A stretch of DNA of 63,960 bases, filler included, from Octopus bimaculoides (GCF_001194135.2; 8 parts of 8 records of this genome joined end to end with filler, not necessarily neighbours in it), one strand, 5' to 3'. Positions 1 through 14,747 are shown, counted from the first letter of the whole stretch. Program-made: numbers and translations. The notes: generated by a model not told the origin, from the letters alone.

Positions 1-51
1 GTTGCAATCCTATGGTTATTCAGAACCGAAAGGGGGTCTCTTCCAGTAGCT

Positions 52-150
52 GTTGAGCAGGTAGTACTATGTTGAGCAGGTAGTACTATGGTGAGCAGGT
101 AGTACTATGGTGAGCAGGTAGTACTATGTTGAGCAGGCTGAGAGTACTAT
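52..150. repeat. 19-bp minisatellite, 4 full copies plus 1 interrupted copy
   Basis: G(T/G)TGAGCAGGTAGTACTAT units start at 52, 71, 90, 109 and 128. Confidence 0.9.
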
Positions 151-1621
151 AGCTCATTTGTCCGAGTAGATCTCTTATAAGCGCTGCATCAGCATAGGCA
201 CATTGCAATGAATAAAACAATTTATAATAGAAGGGAATTATGCTTTGAAATTAAATTTTATATCCCTTAATTAATTTTGGAAAGATATTCAATATGTTTG
301 CAAATGTTACACTTCTCTTGGACATCATTATCCATATGACCCTATCACATAAAACAAATAACTTTCAATACAATCGACTCTTCTCACCCAAACTAAAATA
401 ATCGTTTTTGCGCATATTAGAAATCTCTATAAAATCGTTATTTTTTCAGTAAACAAAAGCAGCAAAATAATTAACCATTACTTATCTAAGCTGCTGCTGG
501 GAATTGAAGGAATTATTATTCTGATGATTTTTTTTTGTAACTAATATTCCTACTGTTATAAAGTATCATGCAACGAAAGAAGATAATGTAAAAGCAATGA
601 GTCAACAACTGCGTTAACCATCGTTAAACTGTACAGTCTTTACGGCCCTTACATGACACATTATGATTATTATTAAATAAGATTCAAAACTTTTTGCTGT
701 ATTCATAATGTTGATTTGTGATACCCTCTGTTCATGCGAAATACCTTATTTCTTTCCTACGTTCACACATGCATGCTTCCACTGATTTGTTTTTCTATTT
801 AATTGACTGTATTACATGATGTTGTTCATTGCATACAACACTTGTAACATTACTGTTTGTCCACGTCTGTTTTTGCGTCGTAGATTCACCTGCTTTAATA
901 ACAATCTCTTATTCAAATCCCGAACACAAAATATACACATGAAAACAGACAGTCAAAATAATGTAGTTTTAGTATTCTAGTCTGAAAACGAGACAAGACG
1001 GGACATGTTTTACCATTAATCACCCAAATGAAAGATAAAGCCAAGCTAACAACACGCAAATAGTTGACATTGCTTACAATCAATAAACAAAAGATGAACG
1101 AATTACAAATTTATCAAAAGCAAGGCGTATTCAGGTTATATACGGCTGAGTTGTCAGAGTTCACTTGATTTTGAATATAGAGGTAGGCAATATTTAACTC
1201 AGAAAAGGCATCCTCTATAAGAGATTAATTCTGTACGTGATGGCACGTGATCTTATTACTGCAAGTATCTAATGTTCCGAGAGAATATTCCCAGCTTCTT
1301 AATCTCAAACGTCATTCAGTACATAAATAGCTTACAAAACTTGTTATGCCTTGAATACAGGAAAGTGCCTTAAAATAGAATGAAAAATATGTTTCCATAC
1401 AAGATGTATATGTGCAATTGTGTGGTTACGGGAGTGTATGCACACACACAAATGAAAGCACGGATGCGCAATACACATATATTCATATATATATATATAT
1501 ATATANNNNNNNNNNNNNNNNNNNNNNNNNNNNNNNNNNNNNNNNNNNNNNNNNNNNNNNNNNNATATACCTCTCTTTCTCTCTCTCGCTCTATACACAA
1601 ACACACACACACACACACGCC

Positions 1622-1659
<38 letters not shown>

Positions 1660-4050
1660 CATACATGGTCGTATGTGTGTGTGTATGCATATATACTCAT
1701 ACACGCATACAAACCTATATATCTGTCTACTTATGCGTGTGTGTGTTCGTGTGCGCGCGTGTATGTGTGCGTGTTTGGATGTATGTATATATACATATGT
1801 GCATGTGTGTTTGTGCTCGTGTGTTTGCGTGCGATTATGTAATTATAAAAAAAATATGACTAGTGTTGAATAAATATGAGAGGGCAAAATATAATTCTCG
1901 AAATCTATAAATAATATTTGCAATGATTTTCTTTTTTTCTTTCCGTTTCTAGTCACTTGAAAAAATTATCTCACCAGCAGAATATATGATGTTCAGGAAA
2001 ACTATTTCTCTCTGAAAATAGAAATGTTTAAGATAACATATATTTCGACTCAAATTATGTAAAGTATAAATAATGTGACTATATTATATACATTTATTAT
2101 ATGAATACGAGGGAAATAACAATGTAAAATAATTAACATTTAAATTAATAGACTTTCGGTGGAAGCACGATTTGATATGCGCTTTTGTAAATACCGACAG
2201 GTACGGATGTGTTTCCTCCCTAAATTGAACATATTCTTATAAAATAATGCGTTCTTGCCAACGAACAGTCGTGGGCAATTTCACTTATTCATAAATACCT
2301 CGGAACATTCTTTGCCAAGGGAAATTTAACAGACAGAGTGAGAGAGGGGCAGACAGGCACAAAGCGAGACAGAAAGTGGGGGAGGGAGGTGAAGAAAGAG
2401 GGAGGGAAGAAGAGAAAGCGAGAGAGAAAAAGGGACAGAGAGGAAAGGAGAAAGAGGGAGGAATGGAGAAAGGGAGGTAGGGAGGGTGGTAGAGAGAGAT
2501 ATAGGAAAAAGTAAAATATGAAAGCCGTTGATACGTATCGACAAATCTAGACGAAAAACGGTGACGATTTTTACAAGAAATTAAGAATTGTTTTAGAGTT
2601 GAAATATCATGCTTACAAGAATGAGCACATAATCTTCACTGAGCTGGTAGAATCGTTACCACGCCGGATAACATACTTATCAGCATTGCTTCCTTGTTTC
2701 CGTTCTATTCTCAAATTCCTCTGGGATCAACTTTGCCTTTCATTCTTTCGAAGTCAGTAAAAGATGAACTAGTCGAGTATTGGATTCGACGTAATCGACT
2801 TAGACCTTCCCCTGAAATTACTGGCGTTCTGTCAAGATTTGAAACCATTTTGCACAAACATATAGACCTAAAAATCATAGGCAGGCGAGACAATTTACCT
2901 ATGACCTTCTGGCGCTTTGCGGAGGTCATCCCCACTAAACTAATTCTCAGCATACCGACGACGAAGTTGAACTTGTGCGTTGAATATGTGTGCTCGATAA
3001 TGTTTATAAAACTAACACTACTTCTAATTAATATTTGAATTCATTCTTACGTAAGCATTGTTTGAGCATGCCAGCAAATGGTTTTTAGGTCATTTGTATA
3101 TAGACATGACTGTCACTTCAATTCGCCTCCCATTCGGTTTCGGTAAGTGATGTTGATGAGCCAGAAAAATGCCGAGATATCGATGTCTATANNNNNNNNN
3201 NNNNNNNNNNNNNNNNNNNNNNNNNNNNNNNNNNNNNNNNNNNNNNNNNNNNNNNNNNNNNNNNNNNNNNNNNNNNNNNNNNNNNNNNNNNNNNNNNNNN
3301 NNNNNNNNNNNNNNNNNNNNNNNNNNNNNNNNNNNNNNNNNNNNNNNNNNNNNNNNNTATATGTATATATATATATATAAATAATGAACATACACACGAA
3401 TACACATATGTATGCACAAATGCAGGCAGACATATATACAAATGTACGCGCGCGTGTGTGTCTTTGTATGAGTGCGTGTGTGAGGGGTTTGTGTGTGTTT
3501 GTGTGACCGCCCTAAAGGATATTTGGCTGTTTTCATGCTATATTACAGCAAATATAAGAATTATTTGAAATTAATCGAATACATAAAATGAGATAACGCT
3601 TTAACACAAGAAGGAATAAATACTGATAAGATAATCAGGATATTGAAGTGTGTGTTATTTATCTACAGGATTGGCATTTTGCTTGACTGTGCGCACCTTT
3701 TTATCTATAAATCATAATCGCCACGATTTAGAATGATAGAGCGAACGAGTGATTTAAACATATTCATCTCTTAATAATGCTGACGTACCTGTCATCGACG
3801 TTTTTGCTAAATGTCTTGTTCGTAAGAATTATTCTGGGATAGTCACCTGATCTAAGTTGAGAAGTGGTGCTTTCAAAACCTTGGCATTAAATCAAAGCGA
3901 TTATATCCAGATGATCGTATATATTCATAAATGCATGCATACACACTTACATACAAACGTACATACTTACACGCAAGCATGCATTCATAGCTACACACAT
4001 AACTAGATAGATGCATTCATACATACATGCATAATATATAGATGCATACA

Positions 4051-4084
<34 letters not shown>

Positions 4085-4609
4085 CAAGTATACATCCTGC
4101 ATACATACATACATGTGTATATGTGCGCGCTTGTGCTTGTGTGCGTACATGCATGTTGGTACTTGTGCGTGAGAGTATGTTTATTACTCTCCCTCTGCAC
4201 ACACAGGCTCACAGAGAAACATACACGTATATTTTTATAGAAAAATATCGAAACATATATAGTTATATACATGCGAGTGATTTAGCATTGATTAATGTAC
4301 ACCCTATAAATGTCCGGTGACTAAGGATAAAACGACCCGAGAATACATCAGGCATAGAACTATATAGCACTGAGAACTCTTCTTTTACAAGAACAAAATA
4401 TCCGGAAATGCCTACGTAGTACCTGTGCTAAATCGAATTTTAAGGCTACTCGATTGGTCTGCAGAGGAAATCCACTCCATCGACATTAAAAATCACAAAT
4501 TATGATAGGAAATGGAATCTTCCACAGAAAAATACATCAATAGGATTACGTAAGAAGAAATGAAGTTGGTAGAGGTTTGAGATCAATGCAGTCTTCGAAT
4601 GTCATATAG

Positions 4610-4680
<71 letters not shown>

Positions 4681-7298
4681 CTCTCTGACACACATTGGCG
4701 TTCAACCTGAAGGAGTTTAGCTTCTCCAAAAGTACTCTCCCTCTGACCACCTCCCATGCAACTGCAAAACAACTGCACTAATATATTTAAAAGAACTTCA
4801 GGATATGAAACGCTCAGCATGCCAAAATGAAGATTATGATGTGAGACGTTCAGCATACCTAAAAGAAAACAAAAGTATTTGCATCTTTCCCGAATCTTTG
4901 AATATGTCAGTGTCATTAGCATGAAATCCAGGCTTGCTTGCACTCGGAAGAGCTACACCACATCATACATTCAGTGCCGTATATTACGCAGACATCTACT
5001 AAAACGTCATAGAGGATAACATCCCTTTACATTGCGATTTTAAATCTCACGTGTTTTATTCAGTCTTCAGAGATAGATAAATTAAGTGCCTGTAAAATGC
5101 TTGAATAAACAATATAGAACTCATCACTTAACTAGTAAACGTAATATAGAAGACATGAGGAGTTTTGCTTCAGAACAACTCAATCGAAGTAAATGAAATA
5201 GGAAATTAGAAAACAAAATTCTGTATAAAATGAAATCCTTTGTGCAAAACAATCAGTAAATGGACGGAGAACTAATTACACAGGTAGTCCAGTTTGCGCA
5301 AACAGTACAATGAATCAATCATAAAAATAGAATGGAAAGTAACGAAAATGGGATCAATACTAGAACATTTTGAAACATTTAGATGATGCAGAGTGGAGTA
5401 GATTTTATAACTATAATCATCCCGCATGTTTCGAGTCACGAGTTTGCCACAAGATTATTAGATCTTACTAATGCAGGATATGCTACTCAGTTGGCAAAAT
5501 TAAAGTGATCATCTTATGCAGAATTAGAAGGCGATCTATAACTGATCAAAGTATATAGAAGTTAAAAGCCAAACCGAATTGCTCTGGTACTGAACATCAA
5601 CCGATGGCAAAATGCCTCAGAAATGGATTCTATCAAATAAATACAAATCTTGTTTTACCTGTGAGGCGCTGTTGCACACCAGAAGTTAAACTGAATACTG
5701 TTTGTATATATGCCTCAGATCAGCGACCACAATTCATTTCAAGGTAATTCGACTACACAGTACCGGGAAGTTTACAAACATTGAAATATCGATATCATTC
5801 TTTCTCCATTTCCTACGGGGCGAGATGTCTCGCCTGGTTTGACATGTCCAGTGTTTTTTTAATAGTCATCGCCTTAATGGGATTTTTGTGATACAATGTG
5901 CCGAAAAACTTCGACCAAGTGAGAATACTTACACAACAAGAATAGAAATGACTTGTATCCGCTTATCTCTGTAACAAAAAAACACTAAGAGAATTTTCAT
6001 TATGGCTTACACAAGTAGATTCCTTTTGGCTGAACATGACCACAGGTGAATAAAGCCTGAATTAAGAATTTATCAATAATTATTGGTGATCCGATCACGG
6101 GAGATGTATTCATAATTATCTCTAATTATAATTAAAGAAAACATAAATTAGGAAGAAAGAAATGAAATGGAAAAGTATTAAAAAAATGATTTTTACAGGT
6201 TAAGAGATAAATTTATTGCGACAAAATATTGTAGATGAAGGAAAAGAAGGAGGTTAAAATTACTAAAATGATAAATAAAATAATTTTAAAAGGTTATTGG
6301 ATGAAGCTGGATATGTGAAACGGGTTAAAAAAATATCTGCTGGTAATCATAAAAGTGTAATTTATAACATGAGATTAATTTTATTTATTTAACATGACGC
6401 ACAGTTTACATGATTTAATTTTACTTTTCCTTATTACAGCCGCAGGCATTTGTAAGATGTGCCTGAAGACGAATGACTAATCATTAAAATTAAGTGGTCC
6501 GTTTGAACATATTCAAGAAGATGTGCACTGTAGTCTGCCTCTGTGCGTGTGTGTATTTCTTTGCGTGAGTCTATGTGTGTGTGAGTGCGTATGTATGGGT
6601 GTATGTGTGTGTGTGTGTGCGTGTGTATATCTATGCATGCTGTAGACTTAAAACATATTATTAATCCGATCGTCGTAACGATGTTCGAAAGAAACATGGC
6701 AAGTTGCTTCAGCATGCTTCCTATAAACACATGCTTATGTTTCTTATATATATACAACATATCAATTCCTCAATTACAATTAATACAAATTAGACAATCA
6801 AAACTCAGACGCAGATATTAAACATTTCACTGTTATGGACTGAAGCGTTGATGAGGTAGTGTAACTGTTTTACTCAATACAACAGCGACAAGTTAGTTGC
6901 AAATGATTAGTTATCTCATATATTTCCACAGAGAAATATATANNNNNNNNNNNNNNNNNNNNNNNNNNNNNNNNNNNNNNNNNNNNNNNNNNNNNNNNNN
7001 NNNNNNNNNNNNNNNNNNNNNNNNNNNNNNNNNNNNNNNNNNNNNNNNNNNNNNNNNNNNNNNNNNNNNNNNNNNNNNNNNNNNNNNNNNNNNNNNNNNN
7101 NNNNNNNNNNNNNNNNNNNNNNNNNNNNNNNNNNNNNNNNNNNNNNNNNNNNNNNNNNNNNNNNNNNNNNCCTATATATACAAATATATACATATATAGT
7201 TGTATTTACAGAAAAAAAAACAAGCAAAAGAAAATACGAAGATGAGTGTGTAAACATCAAACAGATGTATTAGTTTAACGCTCGAGAAGCGAGAAAGT

Positions 7299-7334
7299 CT
7301 TTTACGTTTCGAGCCTACGCTCTTCAACAGAAAG
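7299..7334 (-). ncRNA. Minimal type I hammerhead-ribozyme-like motif (variant core)
   Basis: Minus strand reads CTTT-CTGTTGA-A-GAG cgtagg CTC-GAAA-CG-TA-AAAG: 4-bp stem I, 3-bp stem II, palindromic ACGT in place of stem III, GUA cleavage triplet. Confidence 0.5.
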
Positions 7335-7459
7335 GAACATAGAAATAAACAGACAGAGAAAATTAAAAAAAAGGTTTAGTGGCTACCAGTCAATCATACA
7401 ACCATACACACACGCCTATATATACACATAGATAGATAGGCATACATACAGATAGATAG

Positions 7460-7490
<31 letters not shown>

Positions 7491-7629
7491 GAACGATCGA
7501 TCGATAGATAGATACATATTCTATCTGTTTGAGTTAAAGCCCATTTCATATAAAGGACCTACACGCATATGTCTGCGTGTGTGCATACAAATGTCGTATG
7601 AGAAGATTACAAACTTTTTTTTAAATTTA

Positions 7630-7810
7630 AAATTATGACACGAGGACAGCAATTTCAGAACGGTGTAAGTCGATTGAATCGACCCCAGTGATCAAATTAA
7701 TTCATCAACACAGAATTAGTGAAAGTCAAAGTCGACATCGACGGAACTTGAACTTAGAAATCAGCTAAGCAATTTTCCCATCGTGCTAAGGATACTGCAG
7801 CTCACAGAAC
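7630..7810 (-). mobile_element. Decayed SINE copy (family with the GAGTTCAAATT...GTCGACTTTG core)
   Basis: Reverse complement matches the SINE seen intact at 51795-52232. Confidence 0.7.
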
Positions 7811-8289
7811 TTGACTAAATTACGCATATTTTACTGAATTTAAACAATATCTCATATTAAACTCGTGATGTTGGATATAGTGGCTACATATCTTAAGATG
7901 ACAAACGTAACTGAGTGTTATTCGCGTTTGGGCTGTTCCCGACTTTTTCCAAACAACTAACCCTGTGGTACGTACTGTCAATTTCTGAGGTAAAAAGAAA
8001 AGGTATCTAATTTCTCAAGATTGGTATTTAGGCAGTGTGTTACATATCCCAGGGCCTCAATAATTACGGATACATGCACGAACTTGTAATCTGGATAGAG
8101 TAACTGCAATAGTCTCGCATAGGTGTTCTCGTTTTTTTTATGTATATATGTATGTATGTATGTGTTTTTATGTATGTTTGTGCGTATGTATGTATGCACG
8201 TATGTATCTTTGTATGTGTGTATGTATATATGTATGTTTGTGTGTATGTATGTATGTATGAACGTATGTCTGAACGTATGTATGGAAAC

Positions 8290-8480
8290 TGTCAGAATAA
8301 CGTGGACGCCTCTGACTTGATCCTACTAAGGTTCGAAAATCAATTAAGGTTGTTCATTTTTTTCGACCGAGAGAATAAGTACTAGGCTTACAAATAATAA
8401 GTCCTGGGGTCGAGTTGCTAGAATAAGGGCGGTGCCCCAGCATGGCCACAGTCAAATGAGTGAAACAAGGAAAAGAATTA
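8290..8480 (+). mobile_element. 3' half of a second SINE family (tail GGCGGTGCCCCAGCATGGCCACAGTCAAATGA)
   Basis: Matches the copy at 41217-41530; the same tail recurs near 15300, 23230 and 39750. Confidence 0.7.
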
Positions 8481-9228
8481 AAGTGTAAAAGAGTATATGT
8501 GTTGGTAGGTATGTATTGAGAAGTGAAGAGAAAGTGAGTGCATAGGTGCGACTGCACACGCGCGTAACAGTGACAAAAAGAGAAATAAAGAGAGAGAGAG
8601 AACGAAAGAGAGGAAGAGAGGGAAAGAAGCAGCCAGACAGACTATGCCGCCATTGTTTTTTCTATTGACAGAATGCTAAGAGTGATGGCTAGATAGTTCT
8701 GTTCATGCTCTCTGTGAACTCCCTTCAAATATTCGCCTGTTATTCATTTCCTTCGGTGTCGTTAAAATAATATCTGACAAGTACGCTATATGTCACATTT
8801 CCTATCTCACTTTCTTTCTTTCTCTCACTTTCTCTTTCTCTCTCTTTCTCTCTCTCTATCTATCTAACTATCTTTCTATCTATCTACCTCTGCTCCTATT
8901 CGTCTCTCTTTCATCCTTCTATTGCGATTTCCTCAACTTAGGCTGTAAGTAACTTCGTCTTTGGTTCACCTACTTTCTGTCTCAGGAAGAGGGGAAGCAT
9001 TGTGTGGAGGACTACTAAACACTACTCATATCTAATGTAATAAGCTACGGCGTCAGCCAGTGAAAAAGGGATGTGCTGTACTTGAAGGCTGTCGTGTATT
9101 TTCTGACAATTTCAAAGATTTTATGAACGATTTCTTCAATATCACTTTATTGTTTATAACCCTAAACACGAAAAATCTTAAAGATAAGGACGGTAAGGTT
9201 ATTTCTTTTGTAGCTGTTAGCATCTTAT

Positions 9229-9357
9229 TGATGATGATAATGATGATGATGATGACGACGACATCGATGATGATGATGATGATGATGATGATGTTGATGA
9301 TGATGATGACGACGACAGCGATGATGATGATGATGATGATGTTGATGATGATGAGGA

Positions 9358-9388
<31 letters not shown>

Positions 9389-9723
9389 GGTAATTTTGGG
9401 GTGAGTGTTCCTGCTGTTGCTGATGATGGTGGTGGTGTTGGTGGTAGTGATAGATATGGTGGCGGTGGTGGTGGTGGTGGTGGTGATGACGATGATGAAA
9501 TTAGGAAGAGAAAGTGGATGAAGATGAAGACGATACAATGATGAAGATGTTGCTGATAATGGTGGTGCTTGTGGTGAGGTTAATGATGAAGATGATGATG
9601 GTGATGATGAGAAGGAGGAAGAAGACGGCGACGACGATGATGAGAATAGGAGGAGAAAGGGGATGAAGACAATGCAATGATGATGATGACGATGACGATG
9701 ATGACGATGATGACGAAGACGAC

Positions 9724-9764
<41 letters not shown>

Positions 9765-9775
9765 CGATGACGATA

Positions 9776-9824
<49 letters not shown>

Positions 9825-9833
9825 CGACCATGA

Positions 9834-9865
<32 letters not shown>

Positions 9866-9910
9866 ATGGCGATGATGATGATGTTGATGATTGTGATGAT
9901 CATGATGTTG
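9229..9910. repeat. Compound (GAT)n/(GGT)n/(GAC)n trinucleotide tract
   Basis: Direct inspection; source of the poly-Met/Ile/Asp pseudo-ORFs. Confidence 0.95.
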
Positions 9911-10306
9911 ATCCTGTTTATGATTTTTCCGATAATAGTAATCAGATGCACGTTCTTGAGGGGCGATTGAAAAAAAAAATATTTCTTACCAAGGAGCGAA
10001 CAATTTATGTGGTCACATACTTACGCCCCTTTAGATTCTCAGCTCCAAATATACGGAGGTTAACACAGTATCCTTCCTTTCTGAATAAAACGATGTTTCA
10101 TTCTACAATTTATAGTCTGTACCTTCCATTATATCCCTGTCCTTAATTCCAAACATTGTGACTTGTCTGTTAATGGTTCGTAGAGAAATAGCTTTGACGC
10201 ATTGTATTTTAAATTGTTTATATTTGATATCAATAAAGGAAAAGGTTTTTCTATTCAAGATGTAGCTTCCTCTGTGTTTCTTCTATCAATATTGGTATGC
10301 GAAAAA

Positions 10307-10745
10307 GGTGGCGAGCTGGCAGAAACGTTAGCACGCCGAGTGAAATGATTAGTTGTATTTCGTCTGTCTTTATATTCTGAGTTCAAATCATTTGCCTTTC
10401 GTCCTTCTGAGGTCAATAAATTAAGTTCCAGTTGCGTACTGGAGTCGATTTAATCGAATAGCTTCCTCCCCAAAAATTTCGGGCGATGTGCTTAGAATAG
10501 GAAATAATATTGGTCTGCGAATGAGGCGGCGAGCTGCCGAAAAGGTTAGAACGCCCGACGAAATGCTCGGCAGTGTCTCGTCTGTCTTTACGATCAGAGT
10601 TCAAATTCCACTGAGGTCGACTTTCCTTTTCCTTTCATCTTTTCGGGGTCAATGCATTAAGTACTAGTTGCGTACTGGAGTCGATCTAATCGACTTCCTC
10701 TCCTCCAAACTTTCGGGAATTCTGCCTAGAGTAGAAAAGATTATT
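10307..10745 (+). mobile_element. Two tandem SINE copies (tRNA-like head; Meta-domain-like core GCCTTTCATCCTTTCGGGGTCGAT)
   Basis: Head GGCGAGCTG(G/C)C(A/G)AAA..TTAG.ACGCC begins at about 10307 and about 10527; each is followed by the same core. Confidence 0.8.
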
Positions 10746-10959
10746 GGTCTGCCAATATTTGTTAAGTTTGTCGTTCATTTTCTTATCCCTTCAAAATATT
10801 TGTCGTGTCGTTAATGTGGTTGTTGTTTTCGTTGTGGGCGATGTTGTTTACCATAGATGTACATTATTTATTTCTTCTTGCTTTATAATGTTACCGTTGT
10901 TATTGACTGTTTTGCGATGATATAGTTGGAGCTGTAGCTGCAGTTCTCGCTGAATTTTT

Positions 10960-11410
10960 TGATGACGACGATGACGATAATGATGCTGACAGCAACGACA
11001 ACGCAACGACGACGACGACGATGATGATGATAGTGGTGGTTGTGGTGGTGGCGGTGGTGGTGGTGATGGTGTTAGTGGTGGCTTCTGGTAGTGGTGGCGG
11101 TGGCGGTGGTGATGGTTCATGGTGGTATTGATTTACGGTGCTGTTCTGCATTGTGACGGCGGTGATGATGATGACGATGATGACGATCGTGATCATAATG
11201 ATGGTGATGGTGTTGGTGTTGGTGATGGTGGTGGCGGTGGTGGTGGTGGTGGTAGTCTTGATAATGATCATGATCATGACAAAAGCGATGGACATGATGA
11301 CGCTGCTGCTGCTGCTAATGCTGCTGCTGTTGATGATGATGACGACGGAAACGACGACGACGACGACGACGACAATGATGATGATGATGATGATGAACAG
11401 AATGATGATG
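10960..11410. repeat. Compound (GAT)/(GGT)/(GCT)/(GAC) trinucleotide tract
   Basis: Direct inspection. Confidence 0.95.
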
Positions 11411-11844
11411 TGGCCATCAATGCTGAAGCACCGGATGATGCTTGTTCTGCTGATGTTCCAATTCTAATGAAGACATCGCTATTTCCTACGTTCGTTCGCT
11501 TCTGCTATTTCAGGATGCTCTCAAGACTTCAGTTATTTAACGTGGAATTCCCAAGTTAGTTGCTTTTTTTAGCAATTCAGGCGCCAATAATATTTTACAT
11601 CGTTCGTGCGTCTGACAAGTATATCAACGAAGATTTCCCTCAACATGTTTTATTCCAAGCCGTTTTAGAATAACTACGACGAATAATTCTACTGCTGTTT
11701 TCAAAAGACGTCGATTTCACGTAGTCTACCACATAATCAAAATGGAAAACAAAAACACCAATCAACAATAATTAAAACATAATTAAAAAAATAGAACACT
11801 ACCAAACACAAAGCCGAAGACTAACTGGAAAAATAAACCCATAT

Positions 11845-11944
11845 NNNNNNNNNNNNNNNNNNNNNNNNNNNNNNNNNNNNNNNNNNNNTTAATTAATTAA
11901 NNNNNNNNNNNNNNNNNNNNNNNNNNNNNNNNNNNNNNNNNNNN
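11845..11944. other. Artificial scaffold-joining spacer
   Basis: 44 N + TTAATTAATTAA (11889-11900; stops in all six frames) + 44 N. Confidence 0.95.
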
Positions 11945-12012
11945 ATATAGATATATATATAGATATATATATAGATATATATATAGATATATATATAGAT
12001 ATATATATATAT

Positions 12013-12045
<33 letters not shown>

Positions 12046-12699
12046 TGGGATTATTATAATCCTGGCTGGTGCCTCATTCGCAAATCATGCCGGATCCTGG
12101 TTAGCGCAGTAAATTTTAAGGGAAAGAGATCCGTAAGACTTCGATCAGTATAAACGGGAACCCTCCAGTAGTCTTAATACAAGCTCTGCTGTGTGAAGAA
12201 TAAAATTGATAATTTCAATGAGGAAAGGAGACGTCAAATTGATGTTATACTCGTTCCCATAAACGGACAATATTTTTATTCGATATCTCATACAGTGTCA
12301 TGCAATTCATAGAATATTATGTAACACACGTCATAATATATGGAAATATGTAATAATTCTATCGTCCATTCACTTCCGCAAGTGTCATACTTGAAGGCAT
12401 CATCGACCAAATGAATTCATCCCAATATTTATTTGGTGGATGGTGCCTTCAAACATGACATCTGCAGAAGTGAATGGACGATAGAATTATTACAGATCTC
12501 CATATATTATGGCATATATTACATCGGCGGCGGCGACGGCTTTATCTCGTATCCAATAATCTAATTTTTTCTTTACTGAACGATTCAGTTATGTGATGGC
12601 GTTGTTGATGACTCTGCAGATCAATTCCTGCCCAGACGAGTCTATAGCAATGTTGGTGGAGGACGAGGTTGATTTTGCCGAGTCTTTTTACTCCTGTCG

Positions 12700-13060
12700 T
12701 TTGATTTCTTCTTTTCCTTTTCTGGTGGTTTCGAAGCTTTTGGTTCCGATGGTCACGGAACGCCACCATTTGGTACAGTCTCAATCTTGCGTAGAACGCT
12801 TTCACTTGCAAAGGCTTCGTTCAATCTCTAACAGAAAATTCCTGGAAAGTGCTAACAGTCAAAGCGTCGAATCATTGATCATGAAACACTGTCTTCGATG
12901 GTCAGAGCATGTAGCAAAAATAGAAGAGCCAGGGTCTCCACAGCAAGCCCTATTCATTGAGCTCACTTCAGGGAAAAGATCACAGGGTTGCCCTCTACAA
13001 AGAAACAAGGACCAGTTCAAAACAACACTGAAAGCCACTGGACTTGGTCTCGAAATGTAT
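12700..13060 (+). mobile_element. RTE (BovB-like) LINE, decayed C-terminal ORF fragment
   Basis: ERFHLQRLRSI...ANSQSVESLIMKHCLRWSEHVAKIEEPGSPQQALFIELTSGKRSQGCPLQRNKDQFKTTLK resembles the RTE pattern LRW.GHV.RM...R.PK...GEL..GKR..G.P..R.KD. Confidence 0.8.
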
Positions 13061-14374
13061 TATATAACATTGTATGAATTGCATAACACCATGAGATATA
13101 GAATAAAAATGTTGTCCGTTTAGAGAAACACTTGTGATGTCAATTTGACTTCTTTCTTTAATAGGGTGTGGTTGTGTTTAAAGTTTGCTAATCGCCGAAA
13201 TGGTTCCGGGTTCAGTCCCACTGCGTGGCACCTAGGGCGTCTTCATTTACCATAGCTCCGGGCCAACCAAAAAGCCTTGTGAGTGGATTTGGTGGACTGA
13301 AACTGAAAGAAGCCCAATTATAATGTCACACATATTCCCCACCTCCACACACACACACACACGTGCATGTATGACTATATAACCATAGGTGACTTCTAAT
13401 GTACAAATTACTGTAAGCTTGTAGTCAACAGTATAAAATATGTAGTTGACTGCATCAGAATATAGTTGTGAGTACGAATATAAAGTTGAGTGTCCAAATA
13501 TAAAGCAGATTGTATGGAGATATAGCTGAGAGCATAAGCAGAGAGGCGACATGAGTTTGGACAATTAAATAAAAGACTGGAATAACGAAGTTGGTGGCTC
13601 GTTATTTTTACAAGGGTTGGTGATCCATTGACACATCGTTACACATGGTGTGAGTGAGAGGGAAGGGGGAGAAGGAGAGAGAGAGAGAGTGTGTGTGTGT
13701 GTGTGTGTGTGTGTGAGATAATGAGAGAGAGAGAGGGGACGAAGAAGAGAAGATAGGTTAAAGATAAAGGATAGAGAACGAGAGAGTTAAACAGACATAA
13801 CGGAGTGAAGTAAAAGACAATGAGAAAGAAAGAAAGAGAGAGTAAGAGAAATAGAGAGGGGAGAGAATAAGAGAAAAGTAGTGATAAAAAGAGTGAGTGA
13901 GAAAGTGGGAATGAGAGAAAGAGAACAGGAAATACAAAACCGCTGTCAATTCAATTGTCAGCCATATTATAAGGAATCGATGCTTTCATTGTGTCAGCAA
14001 TAGCAGACGATACCTTAACACTATGGCTTCCGACATGAATCAGTTATTTTCTGTCACTCTCATACTCTCTCTCCTTCTCATACACTCTTTAGAAAGGAAG
14101 ATGCGAAAACAAAGAGGGGCTGAGTGGGAATGAGAAAACGAGAAGGAGAAAAGGCTAAAATCAAGAACCCAGAAAATCAAAATTAATCTTTACGATGATT
14201 CATCCATTTATTTTGTCTCTGCCGCTGTCTCCCCCACCACACACACATATACACACCCTCTTTCTCACACACACTGGCCTAAACACACACAGCTCTTCCA
14301 TTTCAAATCTCACCAGCCGACATTACAATCCCCACTACAAAGACAGTCAATCGTTTCCCTTGTATCCCTCTCCT

Positions 14375-14410
<36 letters not shown>

Positions 14411-14747
14411 TTCTCTTTCTCCCTCGCTCTCTAGATGCACAAACACTCTCCCTGCCTACGCATTTTCTTTCTCTACCATTCTATATCAGACATTTTATTT
14501 CTCCCTCTCTATCAATCTTCTTCATCTTCTTCGTCTGTGCCCCCCTCTCTTTCTCTTTCTCTTTCTNNNNNNNNNNNNNNNNNNNNNNNNNNNNNNNNNN
14601 NNNNNNNNNNNNNNNNNNNNNNNNNNNNNNNNNNNNNNNNNNNNNNNNNNNNNNNNNNNNNNNNNNNNNNNNNNNNNNNNNNNNNNNNNNNNNNNNNNNN
14701 NNNNNNNNNNNNNNNNNNNNNNNNNNNNNNNNNNNNNNNNNNNNNNN

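Noticed and set aside
52-150. Possible CRISPR or iteron array
   Set aside because: Units are contiguous with no spacers; it is a plain minisatellite.
5649-5687. Possible 39-nt phase 1-1 micro-exon on the minus strand (FSLTSGVQQRLT)
   Set aside because: Poor polypyrimidine tract and no recognisable protein; expected by chance in AT-rich DNA.
6421-6482. Strong-looking acceptor (TTTTACTTTTCCTTATTACAG) before a short frame AGICKMCLKTND*
   Set aside because: All frames close within 14 codons and no partner exon can be assigned.
11889-11900. TTAATTAATTAA as a biological motif (PacI-like site)
   Set aside because: Always centred in exactly 44+44 N; it is an assembly linker.
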